From Malacoraja senta (lineage: Eukaryota): a stretch of DNA of 64,000 bases. The notes under the pieces are model-generated. The model made no database searches. It saw nothing but the letters and a program-made list of their open reading frames with translations, and was not told where the DNA came from. The stretch covers positions 7,008,001 to 7,072,000 of the forward strand of contig CM075995.1 of NCBI GenBank assembly GCA_038087875.1, given 5' to 3'. How positions within the stretch are numbered: position 1 is the stretch's first letter; each line of letters opens with the position of its first letter. This document shows, one piece after another, positions 47,157-60,439 of this stretch. A program made the translations under genes and the position numbers.

Positions 47157-48769
47157 CGTAAAGGTAGGGATGTTATGTTACAGCTGTATAAGTTTTAATT
47201 TACAGCACTTTATTATTGCCTTTGCATTGACTCCATCTACACCTCACGCTGCCTCGGCAAGGCCAGCAGCATAATCAAGGACGAGTCGCACCCCAGCCAC
47301 ACCCTCTTCTCCCCTCTCCCATCGGGCAAGAGTTGGAGAAGTGTGAAAACTCACACCTCCAGATTCGGGAGCAGTTTCTTCCCAGCTGTTATCAGGCAAC
47401 TGAACCATCCTACCACAACCAGAGAGCAGTGCTGAACTACTATCTACCTCGTTGATGACCCCCGGACTTGATCGGACTTTACAGGCTTTACCTTGCACTA
47501 AACGTTATTCCCTTATCATGTATCTGTACACTGTTACTGGATCGATTGTGATCGTGTTTTGTGCTTCTGCCAACTGATGTCAAGGACCAGTCTCTCCTGC
47601 CATGCAACCGGGAGGATGGAGCCGGCGATGACGGCGGACGGGAGAGGCGAGGAGTGAGGCCGGAGGAGAGGAGAGGGAAGCGGGGTCTGGCCCACCGTGC
47701 CCTCAAAGGTCGGCTGCGGGAGGCTCCCACCCCCCGGGGAACAAAGGTGGATGGGCGAGGAGAGGAGAAGGACGTGGGGTCGCTGGTCGACCAAGGAAGG
47801 CAACGGCTGGAGGCCCTGCAGTAGCCTGGGGCTTGCCTGGATCGGGCACCGCTCATAACAACTGGAGCGCGGACTTTGGAAAGTTCACAATTTCTCGCAG
47901 CAGAAATAGGCCATTCGGAACATCAAGTCTACTCCGCCATTCAATCATGGCTGATCTATCTCTCTCTCTCAACCCCATTCTCCTGCCTTCTCCCCATAAC
48001 CCCTGACACCCGCACTAATCAAGAATCTAGCAATCTCCGTCTTAAAAATATCCACTGACTTGGCCTCCACAGCCGTCTGTGGCAAAGAATTCCACAGATT
48101 CACCACCCTCTGGCAAAAGAAGTTCCTCCTCATTTCCTTCCTAAAGGTAGGTCCTTTTATTCTGAGGCGGTGCTCCCTGGTCCTAGACTATCCCAAAAGA
48201 TGGCGCCTCTCACAAGCGGGCTCAGTGGACCACTTCTGCGCACTTGCTAATCGGGGATTGGTGGGTCAGGCAATACTCTACTGAACAGTTTGTAAGATAA
48301 AGAATATCAAAGTGTTAGCATTTCACACACGTGGCTATAAAATCATCCTGGAACTATCATTAAATTAGCAGCAGCATACGTTCTCATCCCTGGACTTGTT
48401 TCCTGCCATGAAAATAAAGTGGGCTGAAAATCAAGAGCAAAAGGAAATATAATAAAATACTCGACCAACATTAGTAATCGCATTGTATGTTCTTCAGATG
48501 TGTCCATGGATAACTATTTATTCCATCCATCTACATTACTGCTTGCTTACACCACATAAGATCTGTAGCCTCCTTTTGCTCTGGTATTTTATTTAAATCA
48601 CATGTTTAATCGATAATGTTTTATTATTAATGTTTAATGTTTTATGTGTCATTCCTAACTGTCACTGTACGTCATGTTGTCACTTGTGGGCAGAGCACCA
48701 AGGCAAATTCCTTGTATGTGAATATACTTGGCCAATAAAATTATTAATTATTCATTATTATTGATTATT

Positions 48770-49243
48770 ATTCCCGGGATGGCGGGACTGTCATATGCTG
48801 AGAGAATGGAGCAGCTGGGCTTGTACACTCTGGAGTTTAGAAGGATGAGAGTGGATCTCATTGAAACATATAAGATTGTTAAGGGCTTGGACACGCTAGA
48901 GGCAGGAAACATATTCCCGGTGTTGGGGGAGTCCAGAACCAGGGGCCACAGTTTAAGAATATGGGGTAAGCCATTTAGAACAGAGACAAGGAAACACTTT
49001 TTCTCACAGAGAGTGGTGAGTCTGTGGAATTCTCTGCCTCAGAGGGCGGTGGAGGCCGGTTCTCTGGATGCTTTCAAGAGAGAGCTAGATAGGGCTCTTA
49101 AAAATAGCGGAGTCAGGGGATATGGGGAGAAGGCAAGAACGGGGTACTGATTGGGGATGATCAGCCATGATCACATTGAATGGCGGTGCTGGCTCGAAGG
49201 GCCGAATGGCCTACTCCTGCACCTATTGTCTATTGTCTATTGT
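48770..49243 (+). mobile_element. CR1-clade LINE 3' fragment
   Basis: ORF 48728..49150 from IPGMAGL onward; (CTATTGT)n tail. Confidence 0.88.
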
Positions 49244-50223
49244 CTTATATTCTCCGATCCAGTCCAAACCAGTTCAATTCCAAAGGACGGACAAATTAGA
49301 TGGCCGAGGAATTTCGACATGTCCCCAACCCTACTCACCAACTTCCACTGATAATGTTCAATAAAGTTTGATTATTATTAAGAGATTGGTGCAGAATGAG
49401 GCCATTTGGCCCATCAAGTCTACTCCGCCATTCAATCATGGCTGATCTACCTCTTCCTCCCAACCTCCTATCTCTTTCTCCCACTTTCTCCCCATAACCT
49501 CCGAAACCCGTACTAATCAAAAAAGGGAAGGTAGACACAGAATGCTGGAGTAACTCAGCGGGACAGGCAGCATCTCTGGGGAGAAGGAATGGAGGATGTA
49601 TCGGGCCGAGACACTTCTTCGGACTTTCCTAGAAATCTAGTCAAGAAAGGGAATGAATTATATGGAAAGACATCGCAGAGATCTTTAAAATGCATTTAGT
49701 CTCAATCTTCAATTGATCATTTGATTTTTTTCCTTTTTGTTCTGCAATTGAATTAAATTTACTTTTAAACCCAGTTAAACCAAGCTGACTGGTTATAGAC
49801 GGTTTACTGGTTGCAGCAGTAGATTTGTTGCCTTACAGCGCCAGAGACCCAGGGTCGATCCTGACTACGGGTGCTGTCTGTACGTAGTCTGTACGTCTTC
49901 TCCGGGTGCTCCGGTTTCCTCCCACACTCCAAAGACGCGCAGGTTTGTAGGTTAATTGGCTTCGGTAAAAATTGTCAATTGTCCTTCAGGGTGTGTAGGA
50001 TAATGCTCGTGCGCGGGGATCGCTGGCCGGCGCGGACTCGGTGGGCCGAAGGGCCCGTTTCTGCGCTGAATCTCTAAACTAATCTACACGAAAGACTGGT
50101 GGGGAGAGGATAGGGAACTCAGCAAGGAAACGGGTCCTTTGAACCACCGAGTCCACGCCGACCGTCGATCACCCATTCACGCTAGTTTATATTATCCCAC
50201 TTTCGCATCCACTCCCAACACCG

Positions 50224-51412
50224 ATGCTGTTCATCGACTATAGCTCAGCATTTAACACCATTATCCCCTCAAAACTGATCACCAAACTCAGCGACCTGGG
50301 CATCAACCCCTCCCTCTGCAACTGGTTACTGGACTTTCTAACCAACAGACCCCAGTCTGTTAGGTTGGACAAGCACACCTCTTCAACCCTCACCCTGAAC
50401 ACCGGCGTTCCACAGGGCTGTGTGCTGAGCCCCCTCCTCTACTCCCTCTTCACCTACGACTGCACACCTGTACATGGTACTAACACCATCATCAAGTATG
50501 CAGATGATACAACGGTGATTGGCCTCATCAGCGACAACGATGAGTCGGCCTATAGGGAGGAGGTTCAGCTCCTAGCAGCATGGTGCGCTGACAACAACCT
50601 GGCCCTTAACTCCAAGAAGACCAAGGAGCTCATTGTAGACTTCAGGAAGTCTAGGGGCGGCACGCACACCCCCATCCACATTAACGGGACGGAGGTGGAA
50701 CGTGTTTCCAGCTTCAGGTTCCTGGGGGTCAACATCTCTGATGACCTATCTTGGACCAACAATACCTCAACTCTGGTCAAGAAGGCTCACCAGCGTCTCA
50801 TCTTCCTGAGGAGACTAAAGAAGGTCCATCTGTCTCCTCAGATTCCGGTGAACTTCTACCGCTGCACCATCGAGAGCATCCTTACCAACTGTATCACAGT
50901 ATGGTACGGCAACTGCTCTGTCTCCGACCGGAAAGCATTGCAGAGGGTGGTGAAAACTGCCCAACGCATCACCGGTTCCTCACTCCCTTCCATTGAGTCT
51001 GTCCAGAGCAAGCGATATCTGCGAAGGGCGCTCAGCATCGTCAAGGACTGCTCTCACCCCAACCACAGACTGTTTACCCTCCTCCCATCCGGGAGGAGCT
51101 ACAGGTCTCTCCGCTGCCTGACCAGCAGGTTCAGGAACAGCTTCTTCCCGGCGGCTGTTACACTACTGAACTCTGCACCTTGGTGATTGCCAGTCACCCC
51201 CCCCCCCCCCAGGACACTCCTTCTCCCAGTAAAAATTGCACTACTGCTACTGTATGTACATATATATATATTTTACTGTTCATTATTCTGTGTTCGCTCC
51301 TCTGGGTGAGATGCAAACTGCATTCCGTTGTCTCTGTACTGTACACTGCACAATGAAAATTAAAGATTGAATATGAATCTGAATCTGAATCTGAATCTGA
51401 ATCTGAATCTGA
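50224..51412 (+). mobile_element. 5'-truncated Rex1/Babar LINE with intact RT C-terminal ORF (320 aa) and (TCTGAA)n tail
   Basis: [37 protein letters not shown] motifs. Confidence 0.92.
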
Positions 51413-51987
51413 ACACACCAGGGATAATTTACAGAGGCCAATTAACCGGCTGGTTCTGTTCTGTAGTTTTTGCACAATCCGCAGGCATTGCCACTGTACT
51501 TGTATGTGTATGTGACAAATAAAGTTGACTTGACTTGAGGCCTGCACGTCTTCGGGCTATGGGAGGAAACCAGAGCACCCGGAGGAACCCCACTTCGTCA
51601 CAGGGAGAACGTGCAAACTCCACACAGACAGCACCCGAGGTCAGGATCGAGCACGGGTTCCCTGGCGCGGTGGGGAGCAACTCTACCAGCTGAGCCACCG
51701 TCCCACCAGGAAAAGCATTCTGTCCTGCTACTGCAGTCAGTATGAAGAAGGGTCATGAAGTCAAGGGATCTTGTAGAAACATATAAAATTCTTCAGGGAT
51801 TGGACAGGCTAGATGCAGGAAAAATGTTCCCGATGTTGGGGGGGGGGGAGTCCAGAACCAGGGGTCACAGTTTAAGAATAAGGGGAAGGACATTTAGGAC
51901 TTCACCCAGAGAGTTGTGAATCTGTGGAATTCTCCGCCACAGAAGGCAGTGGAGGCCAATTCACTGGATGTTTTCAAGAGAGAGTAA

Positions 51988-52344
51988 AGGGCCTGTCCCA
52001 CTAGAGGAGTTTACCCTAGAGCTCTCCCGAGTTTAAAAAAAAAATCAGACTCGTGGTAAGTACGTAGAATGTACGTAGTGGGAACGTCGGAGCTCGGGAC
52101 GTCTCTTAACGGCTCGTAACGCTAACGGCAGGTACTCGGGGAAAGCGGTAAGCTCGTGAAGTTTTTTCAACATGTTGAAAAATGTCCACGAGAGCCCTGA
52201 GTACCTACGAGCGGCTATTACTTTGAGTCCTGAAAAGCGCTATATAAATAAAATCTATTATTATTATTATTATTACCGTAATTCTCCGAATCAGGGGAAA
52301 CTGGGGAGAACTCTAGAGTTACCTTGTACAGTGGGACAGGCCCT
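51988..52344. mobile_element. Harbinger/PIF-like MITE
   Basis: Perfect 15-bp TIR AGGGCCTGTCCCACT; TWA flanks; interrupts a CR1 at gagagag|TTA|gattt; carries an internal L2-type tail (about 52221-52275). Confidence 0.75.
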
Positions 52345-54814
52345 TTAGATTTAGCTCTTAGGGCTAACGGAATCAAGGGATATGGGGAGAAAGCAGGAAT
52401 GGGGTATTATAGACAATATGTGCAGGAGTAGGCCATTCGGCCCTTCGAGCCAGCACCGCCATTCAATGTGATCATGGCTGATCATCCACAATCAGTACCC
52501 CGTTCCTGCCTTATCCCCTGTCTCCACTATCTTTAAGAACCCTATCTATCTCTCTCTTAATTTTGGATGATCAGCCATGATCGCATTGAATGGCGATACT
52601 GGCTTGAAGGGCCGAATGGCCTACTCCCGCACCTATTTTCCATGTTTCTGTGTCATGAGTGATGGGAGCAGAATTAGGGCATTCGGCCCATCGAGTCTAC
52701 TCCACCATTCGGGCATGGCTGAACTATCTCTCCCTCCCAGGCCCATTCTCCTGCCTTCTCCCCATAACCCCCGACACCCGCACTAATCAAGAATCCATCT
52801 ATCTCTGCCTTAAAGGGTGTAAACTCCAATCTTAGACATAGACATAGACATAGAAAATAGGTGCAGGAGGAGTCCATTCGGCCCTTCGTGCCAGCACCAC
52901 CATTCATTGTGATCATGGCTGATCGTCCCCAATCAATAACCCGTGCCTGCCTTCTCCCCATATCCCTTGATTCCGCTAGCACCCAGAGCTCTATCTAACT
53001 CTCTCTTAAATCCATCCAGTGATTTGGCCTCCACTGCCCTCTGTGGCAGGGAATTCCACAAATTCACAACTCTCTGGGTGAAAATGTTTTTCCTCACCTC
53101 AGTCTTAAATGGCCTCCCTTTTATTCTAAGACTGTGGCCCCTGGTTCTGGACTGGCCCAACATTGGGAACATTTTTCCTGCATCTAGCTTGTCCAGTCCT
53201 TTTATAATTATTATCTTTGCCCGCCCATTCCCTCCACATGTGCTTTAAAAAAAATAAAATCTGCTGAGTTCCTATAGCACTTTGCGTTTTGCTCTAGTTT
53301 GCAATTTGGATGTTTTTATGAGTTATTTAAGAAAGGTCTCTTTGACCCACAACTCACAAGAGCCAGTAATGTCACTTCATAATTAAATGCACCCATTGTT
53401 CCATGGACTGCAGCATGTGATAAAGACCAGCTACCAGGCAGGGATTGGTGCTTTAGTGACATGAGCAAGATAAATCATCTCAGGGCAATGTAATAGAGCC
53501 GGTTTAATCGTCCACCCCTCTGTCAGCTGATAATAATGGCCGCGACAACAAAAAGGGCTGCACGGTGGCGCAGTGGTAGACAATAAACAATAGACCATAG
53601 GTGCAGGAGTTGGCCATAAGGCCCTTCGATCCAGCACCGCCATTCAATGTGATCATGGCTGATCATCCCCAATCAGTACCCCGTTCCTGCCTTCTCCCCA
53701 TATCCCCTGACTCCGCTATCTTCAAGAGCCCTATCTAGCTCTCTCTTGAAAGTATCCAGAGAACCGGCCTCCACCGCCCTCTGAGGCAGAGAATTCCACA
53801 GACTCACAACTCTCTGGGTGAAAAAGTGTTTCCTCATCTCCGTTCTAAATGGCTTACCCCTTATTCTTAAACTGTGGCCCCTGGTTCTGGACTCCCCCAA
53901 CATCGGGGAACATGTTTCCTGCCTCTAGCGTGTCCAAACCCTTAATAATCTTATATGTTTCAATAAGACCCCCTCTCTTCCTTCTAAATTCCAGAGTGCA
54001 CAAGCCCAGCCGCTCCATTCTCTCAGCATATGACAGTCCCGCCATCCCAGGAATTAACCTTGTGAATCTACGCCGCACTCCCTCAATAGCAAGAATGTCC
54101 TTTCCTCAAATTTGGAGTTTCTGCCTCTCAACGGCAGAGACCCGGGTTCGATCCTGGCTACGGGTGCTTGTCTGTACCTTCTCCCCGTGACCTGCGTGGG
54201 TTTTCTCCAGGTGCTCCGGTTTTCTCCCACACGCCAAAAAATTCAATCCTAGCTGATCGATCTCTTCCCTCTACACCCCATTCTCCTGCCTGCTGAGAAA
54301 TCACCATCTATGGGTGATGGGTGGTGATCAGGAGGTGCTGGTTTGTTGTGAGATAAATGCAGGTTACCATGACCTTGATATCCCGCACAACCCTATCCTA
54401 TCATCCCAACTGTCCTAGCAACAACTTTGGGGTGGCACATAGTGCAGCGGTAGAGTTGCTCCCGCTTTTTGTGTCTACCTTCGGTTTAAACCAGCATCTG
54501 CAATTCCTTCTAAAACTAAACTAGACCCTAACCTGGAGCAGGAATCCCACACAGTCACAGGGAGAACGTGCAAATTCCAAACAGACAAAACCCTAGGTCG
54601 AGATCGAATTGATTAGTAGGACTGGATGTTACAATCCCTAAGATTTTCACTACAATTGATATTCTTGGTATGACCACTGGGTGATTTTGCTACCAATCAG
54701 ACACATCTTCAGTTGTGTACCTCAACGTCACTGGGTGTTTCGGCCTTTTATCACAAGACACCCTCAGTCGAGGCAGGCCCACCGCAGGGTGATCAGCCCT
54801 GGGTGTGTGTCTTA

Positions 54815-55306
54815 AAGGCCTGTCTCACGAGTCTGCGGTCATTGGCGGCGAAACGGGAAGAATCTACCGCTCCTGGGCCGCCATAGACCGCGCACTCGGT
54901 CAAACGCACAATTCCGGGGCCGTGCGGCATTGTTCCCAACACCGCACGGTGCTAAAATAAAACCAACACTGTTCAAAAATATGTCCCTACCGCCACAGCC
55001 TCCGCTAGTGAGTCACGTGTGCGGCACGGCCGCCGCCACAGCCACCGCTACAGCGCCGCGATCAGGACGGCCGCCGCCACGGCCCCTCAGATCCAAAATG
55101 ACGTCATCGCAGTCGGCCCGCCCTTTTTTTTAACTTACCGCAAGCACGTGGGACCAGCCGTATATTTAAATCACTCGGCCCCCGCGCAGCATCCGTGCGG
55201 CGCTCCCGTGGCATAGGCTCGGCGCTCTCGCCGTTGCCGTGCGGTCCACTCTACAGGCGAAGCCGCGCTTCACCGCCGATGACCGCAACACCGTGAGACA
55301 GAGCCT
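54815..55306. mobile_element. Harbinger/PIF-like MITE, CpG-rich
   Basis: Imperfect TIR of about 38 bp (aggcctgtctcacgagtctgcggtcattggcggcgaa / ttcaccgccgatgaccgcaacaccgtgagacagagcct); TWA flanks. Confidence 0.7.
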
Positions 55307-55613
55307 TTACGGTTAGCCTCTAGATAGTCACGTGGCAGCCCAGACAGCATCTTTCCTCTTCAGCCACAGCCAGTGACGGCTCCGTTCGGCGGCATTGGCA
55401 AGTTTCTTTTATTGCCCTCCTTTGTGCCTGCCCTCTGACTCCTACTTCCCTCAGGGGCCTTGCGGTGGAACTGGCTACAAAGCCCCTGCACCCCACCTCC
55501 ACTGGACACACCCTTACCCTCCAACCTCTCTCCTCTGCCTCTGCTGCACGGTTTGAATATCGAAGCTTATTTCCCTTTCACAAGCCCAACCTTGGTCATG
55601 AAATTGCTCATGA

Positions 55614-55813
55614 NNNNNNNNNNNNNNNNNNNNNNNNNNNNNNNNNNNNNNNNNNNNNNNNNNNNNNNNNNNNNNNNNNNNNNNNNNNNNNNNNNNNNNN
55701 NNNNNNNNNNNNNNNNNNNNNNNNNNNNNNNNNNNNNNNNNNNNNNNNNNNNNNNNNNNNNNNNNNNNNNNNNNNNNNNNNNNNNNNNNNNNNNNNNNNN
55801 NNNNNNNNNNNNN
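55614..55813. other. Assembly gap (200 N)
   Basis: Run of N of fixed size; typical scaffolding placeholder, true size unknown. Confidence 0.99.
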
Positions 55814-56772
55814 CGACAAGAAGAGTGTCACGGTGGCGCAGCAGCAGAGTTGCTGCCTTACAGCGAATGCAGCGCCGGAGACCCGGGTTCCATCCCGACT
55901 ACGGGGTACTGTCTGGACGGAGTTTGTACGTTCTCCCCTTGACCTGCGTGGGTGGGTTTTCTCTGAGATCTTCGGTTTCCTCCCACACTCCAAAGATGTA
56001 CGGGTTTGTAGGTACATCGGCTTGGTAAAAATGTAAAAATTGTCCCTAGTGGATGTAGGATAGTGTTGATATGCGGGGATCGCTGGTCGGTGTGGACTCA
56101 GTGGGCCGAAGGGCCTGTTTCCACTTTGTATCTCTAAACTAAAAAAACTAAACTAAACTAAATGTAATTGCGCGGGGATGCCAGCATGTTTGAGCTCCAT
56201 TGCTGGACCTTATCTGTGCTGAACTAGAGGTGGGCCCATTCACTATAGGATTCACTGATATCTTGTTGAAGGGCCTGTTTCCGCGCTGCATCTCTAAGCT
56301 CTAAGTGTAGCTTTAAGGTGAGATGGGCAAAATGTAACCGAGATGTAAGGGGCAAGTTTTTAAGTTCATAAGTAATAGGAGTAGAATTAGGCCATTCGGC
56401 CCATCAAGTCTACTCCGCCATTCAATCATGGCTTATCAATCTTTCCCTCTTAACCCCATTCTCCTGCCTTCTCCCCATAACCCCTGATACCCGTACTAAT
56501 CAAGAATCTTATCTATCTCCGCCTTAAAAATATCAAGTGACTTGGCCTCCTCCGCACTCTGCAGCTTTTCACTGTACCTCGGTATGTGTGACAATAATCT
56601 ACACTGTCTCCCCATGCCGATAATGTCAACACTAATGCTCTCTCTCTCTCCCTCTCCAATGCCTTACGAATTATTCTGCTTCAAATATTCACCTAGTTGT
56701 TTCTCAAAGAACCAATGGCCCAGTAATCAACCTTCCAAGTGGAAGAACATAGAATATGGATCAGTACAGCAC

Positions 56773-57310
56773 AGTACAGTTTTGGGCTCCTAATTTGAGG
56801 AAGGACATCCTTGTGATTGAGGCAGTGCAGCGTAGGTTCACGAGATTGATCCCTGGGATGGCGGGACTGTCATATGAGGAAAGATTGAAAAGACTAGGCT
56901 TGTGTTCACTGGAGTTTAGAAGGATGAGGGGCTATCTTATAGAAACATATAAAATTATAAAAGGACTGGACAAGCTCGATGCAGGAAAAATGTTCCCAAT
57001 GTTGGGCGAGTCCAGAACCAGGGGCCACAGTCTTAGAATAAAGGGGAGGTCATTTAAGTCTGAGGTGAGAAAAAATGTTTTCACCCAGAGAGTTGTGAAT
57101 TTGTGGAATTCCCTGCCACAGAGGGCAGTGGAGGCCAAGTCACTGGATGGATTTAAGAGAGGGTTAGATAGAGCTCTAGGGGCTAGTGGAGTCAAGGGAT
57201 ATGGGGAGAAGGCAGGATTGGGGACGATCAGCCATGATCACAATGCATGGCGGTGCTGGCTCGAAGGGCCGAATGGCCTCCTCCTGCACCTATTTTCTAT
57301 GTTTTCTATG
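56773..57310 (+). mobile_element. CR1-clade LINE 3' fragment (more than 20 further copies in the window are not listed)
   Basis: ORF 56756..57364. Confidence 0.88.
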
Positions 57311-57505
57311 AAAGGCCCTTCGGCCCACAATTGCCATGCTGAACATGATGCCAAGTTAAACTAATCTCTGTGTCGGAAGGAACTGCAGATGCTGGTTTAA
57401 AACCGAAAATAGACACAAAAAGCCGGACTGACTCAATGGGACAGGCAGCATCTCTGGAGAGACCCATTCCTTCTTTCCTGAGATGCTGCCAGTCCTGCTG
57501 AGTTA

Positions 57506-57892
57506 AGGGCCTGTCCCACGAGCATGCGACTGCATGCGTCAAGCGCGACCAAACCGGAAGCGGGGGCCGCGCGGAGGTCGAGTGAGTGACGTGAAGTTCG
57601 AGAGATGTCCGCGGGAAGTTCGCACGTGACGTACGGCGTCAAGACGCTGCGTACGGCGTCGAGGCGGAGCGTACGGCGTCGAGGCGGCTGCGGGCCGACA
57701 GGCCGTTGCCGCGCGGAATTTTTGAACACGGTCAGTTTTTCGGAGCCCCGCGCGATGTCGGGACCAGCTCCGCACAACTCCATAACGGCTCCGGCGATCG
57801 AAGTGGGACCGGCCCCGCGAGGCCGTACGGCTCAAGCGACCACGTTAGGGCGCGCTTGCCGCATGCAGTCGCATGCTCGTGGGACAGGCACT
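57506..57892. mobile_element. Harbinger/PIF-like MITE, CpG-rich
   Basis: About 42-bp TIR AGGGCCTGTCCCACGAGCATGCGACTGCATGC..; TWA flanks; interrupts a Penelope terminal repeat at gag|TTA|ctcc. Confidence 0.78.
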
Positions 57893-59270
57893 TAACTCCG
57901 GCTTTTTGTGCCTATCTCTGGGTTGCACTCTATCATTTTCTTTGCTGTGAGATTTCACTGTATCTCGGTACGCATGTCAATAAACTTAGCCGTAATTTAC
58001 CCTCGCCAGTATAACGACATTGCTCGCTGCTCTTCATTTCACCCCTTGGTCCTGGCGGTGTTCAATTGCAAAACAGCTGCGCAAAATTAATCCACTCTCC
58101 TAACGAGTTACAGCAACGGGTTCGTTCCTCTTTGCCACTCGCAGAGGTTTGCACAGAGCATGAGAACGGAAATCGCGGTTGACTTTACCTGACCACAAGC
58201 CAACCCCACCCTTGCACCGAAGCCCCACACTAGATTTTGTTTTACAGTGTAAGGGATTGCTTCACGATCACGCGATGTTCCCAATATTCCCAATCATTTA
58301 ATGTTCACTACTACTCAATGTTCACTATTGCTCAATGTCTACTATCACCCAACGTTCCCATTGCTCACTATGTTCACGAGAGGTTAATTTCCGGGATGGC
58401 GGGACTGTCATATGCTGAGAGAATGGAGCGGCCGGACTTGTACACTCTGGAGTTTAGAAGGATGAGAGGGGATCTTATTGAAACATATAAGATTATTAAG
58501 GGTCTGGACACGCCAGAGGCAGGAAACATGTTCCCGATGTTGGGGGAGTCCAGAACCAGGGGTCATAGTTGAAGAATAAGGGGTTGGCCATTTAGAACGG
58601 AGACGAGCAAACACATTTTCACCCAGAGAGTGGTGAGTGTGTGGAATTCTCTGCCTTTGTTGCAGCACGACAGAATGTATTCAGGTGTGCTGCAGCAAGA
58701 AAGAATTTCATTGTCCTATTTGGGACACATGACAACAAACTGCGTACAGACAGCACCCGTAGTCGGGGACGGACCCGGGCCTCTGGCGAGAGTTGGTGAG
58801 GCAGCAACTTTACCGCTGCACCACCGTGTACTGAGTTCAGTGAAGCAGCTTTTGTTGCGTGCTGAGCAGTCAGCGGAAAGACAATACGTGATTACAATCG
58901 AGCCATTCACAGAGCACAGATAGATACATGATAAAGGGAATAATGTTTAGTGTAAGATAAAGTCCAGTAACATCCAATGAGCTAGATAGTAGCTCGGGAC
59001 TGCTCCCTAGTTGTGGTAGGATGGTTGAGCTGCCTGCATGAAAACACACCCTTTGCACTAAATGTGGCACCTTTTATCGTTCACCTTTGCACCATGGATG
59101 GCTCGATTGTATTCAAGAGAGAGTTAGATAGGGCTCTTAAAGGTAGCGGAGTCAAGGGATATGGTGGGAAGGCAGGAACGGGGTACTGATTGTGGATGAT
59201 CAGCCATGATGACAGTGAATGGCGGTGCTGGCTCGAAGGGCTGAATGGCCTCCTCCTGCACCCATTGTCT

Positions 59271-60439
59271 AAGGTACCACATAAGAGATTAGGATACAAA
59301 CTTAAATCACATGGTATTGGGGGTTCAGTATTGATGTGGATAGAGAACTGGCTGGCAAACAGGAAGCAAAGAGTAGGAGTAAACGGGTCCTTTTCACAAT
59401 GGCAGGCAGTGACTAGTGGGGTACCGCAAGGCTCAGTGCTGGGACCCCAGCTATTTACAATTTATATTAATGATCTGGATGAGGGAATTGAAAGCAACAT
59501 CTCCAAGTTTGCGAATGACACTAAGCTGGGGGGCAGTGTTAGCTGTGAGGAGGATGCTAGGAGACTGCAAGGTGACTTGGATAGGCTGGGTGAGTGGGCA
59601 AATGTTTGGCAGATGCAGTATAATGTGGATAAATGTGAGGTTATCCACTTTGGTGGCAAAAACGGGAAGGCAGACTATTATCTAAATGGTGGCCGATTAG
59701 GAAATGGGGAGATGCAGCAAGACCTGGGTGTCATGGTACACCAGTCATTGAAAGTAGGCATGCAGGTGCAGCAGGCAGTGAAGAAAGCGAATGGTATGTT
59801 GGCCTTCATAGCAAGAGGATTTGAGTATAGGAGCAGGGAGGTTCTACTGCAGTTGTACAGGGTCTTGGTGAGACCACACCTGGAGTATTGCGTACAGTTT
59901 TGGTCTCCAAATCTGAGGAAGGACATTATAGCCATAGAGGGAGTGCAGAGAAGGTTCACCAGACTGATTCCTGGGATGTCAGGACTTTCATATGAAGAAA
60001 GACTGGATAGACTTGGCTTATACTCGCTAGAATTTAGGAGATTGAGAGGGGATCTTATAGAAACGTACAAAATTCTTATGGGGTTGGACAGGCTAGATGC
60101 AGGAAGATTGCTCCCGATGTTGGGGAAGTCCAGGACAAGGGGTCACAGCTTAAGGATAAGGGGGAAATCCGTTAAGACCGAGATGAGGAAAAACTTTTTC
60201 ACACAGAGAGTGGTGAATCTCTGGAACTCTCTGCCACAGAGGGTAGTTGAAGCCAGTTCATTGGCTATATTTAAGAGGGAGTTAGATGTGGCCCTTGTGG
60301 CTAAAGGGATCAGGGGATATGGAGAGAAGGCAGGTACGGGATACTGAGTTGGATGATCAGCCATGATCATATTGAATGGCGGTGCTGGCTCGAAGGGCTG
60401 AATGGCCTCCTCCTGCACCTATTGTCTATTGTCTATTGT
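59271..60439 (+). mobile_element. CR1-clade LINE, 5'-truncated, uninterrupted ORF2 C-terminus (catalytic FADD reads FAND)
   Basis: ORF 59190..60347 from KVPHKRL onward; (CTATTGT)n tail. Confidence 0.93.

Noticed and set aside
47575..47880. GC-rich segment with several overlapping ORFs
   Set aside because: No recognisable domain or splice support; probably a repeat UTR fragment that I cannot classify
54780..55460. CpG island or promoter of the host gene (also 57506-57892)
   Set aside because: The CpG-rich cores are bounded by terminal inverted repeats and are MITEs. Promoter activity cannot be excluded but is unsupported.
55460..56028. ORFs spanning X runs
   Set aside because: Artefacts of translating the N gap
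59190..60347. 385-aa ORF as an intact or domesticated reverse transcriptase gene
   Set aside because: Chimeric: it starts in a CR1 3' UTR and reads into a 5'-truncated CR1. It lacks the N-terminal RT motifs and endonuclease, and the catalytic FADD is FAND.
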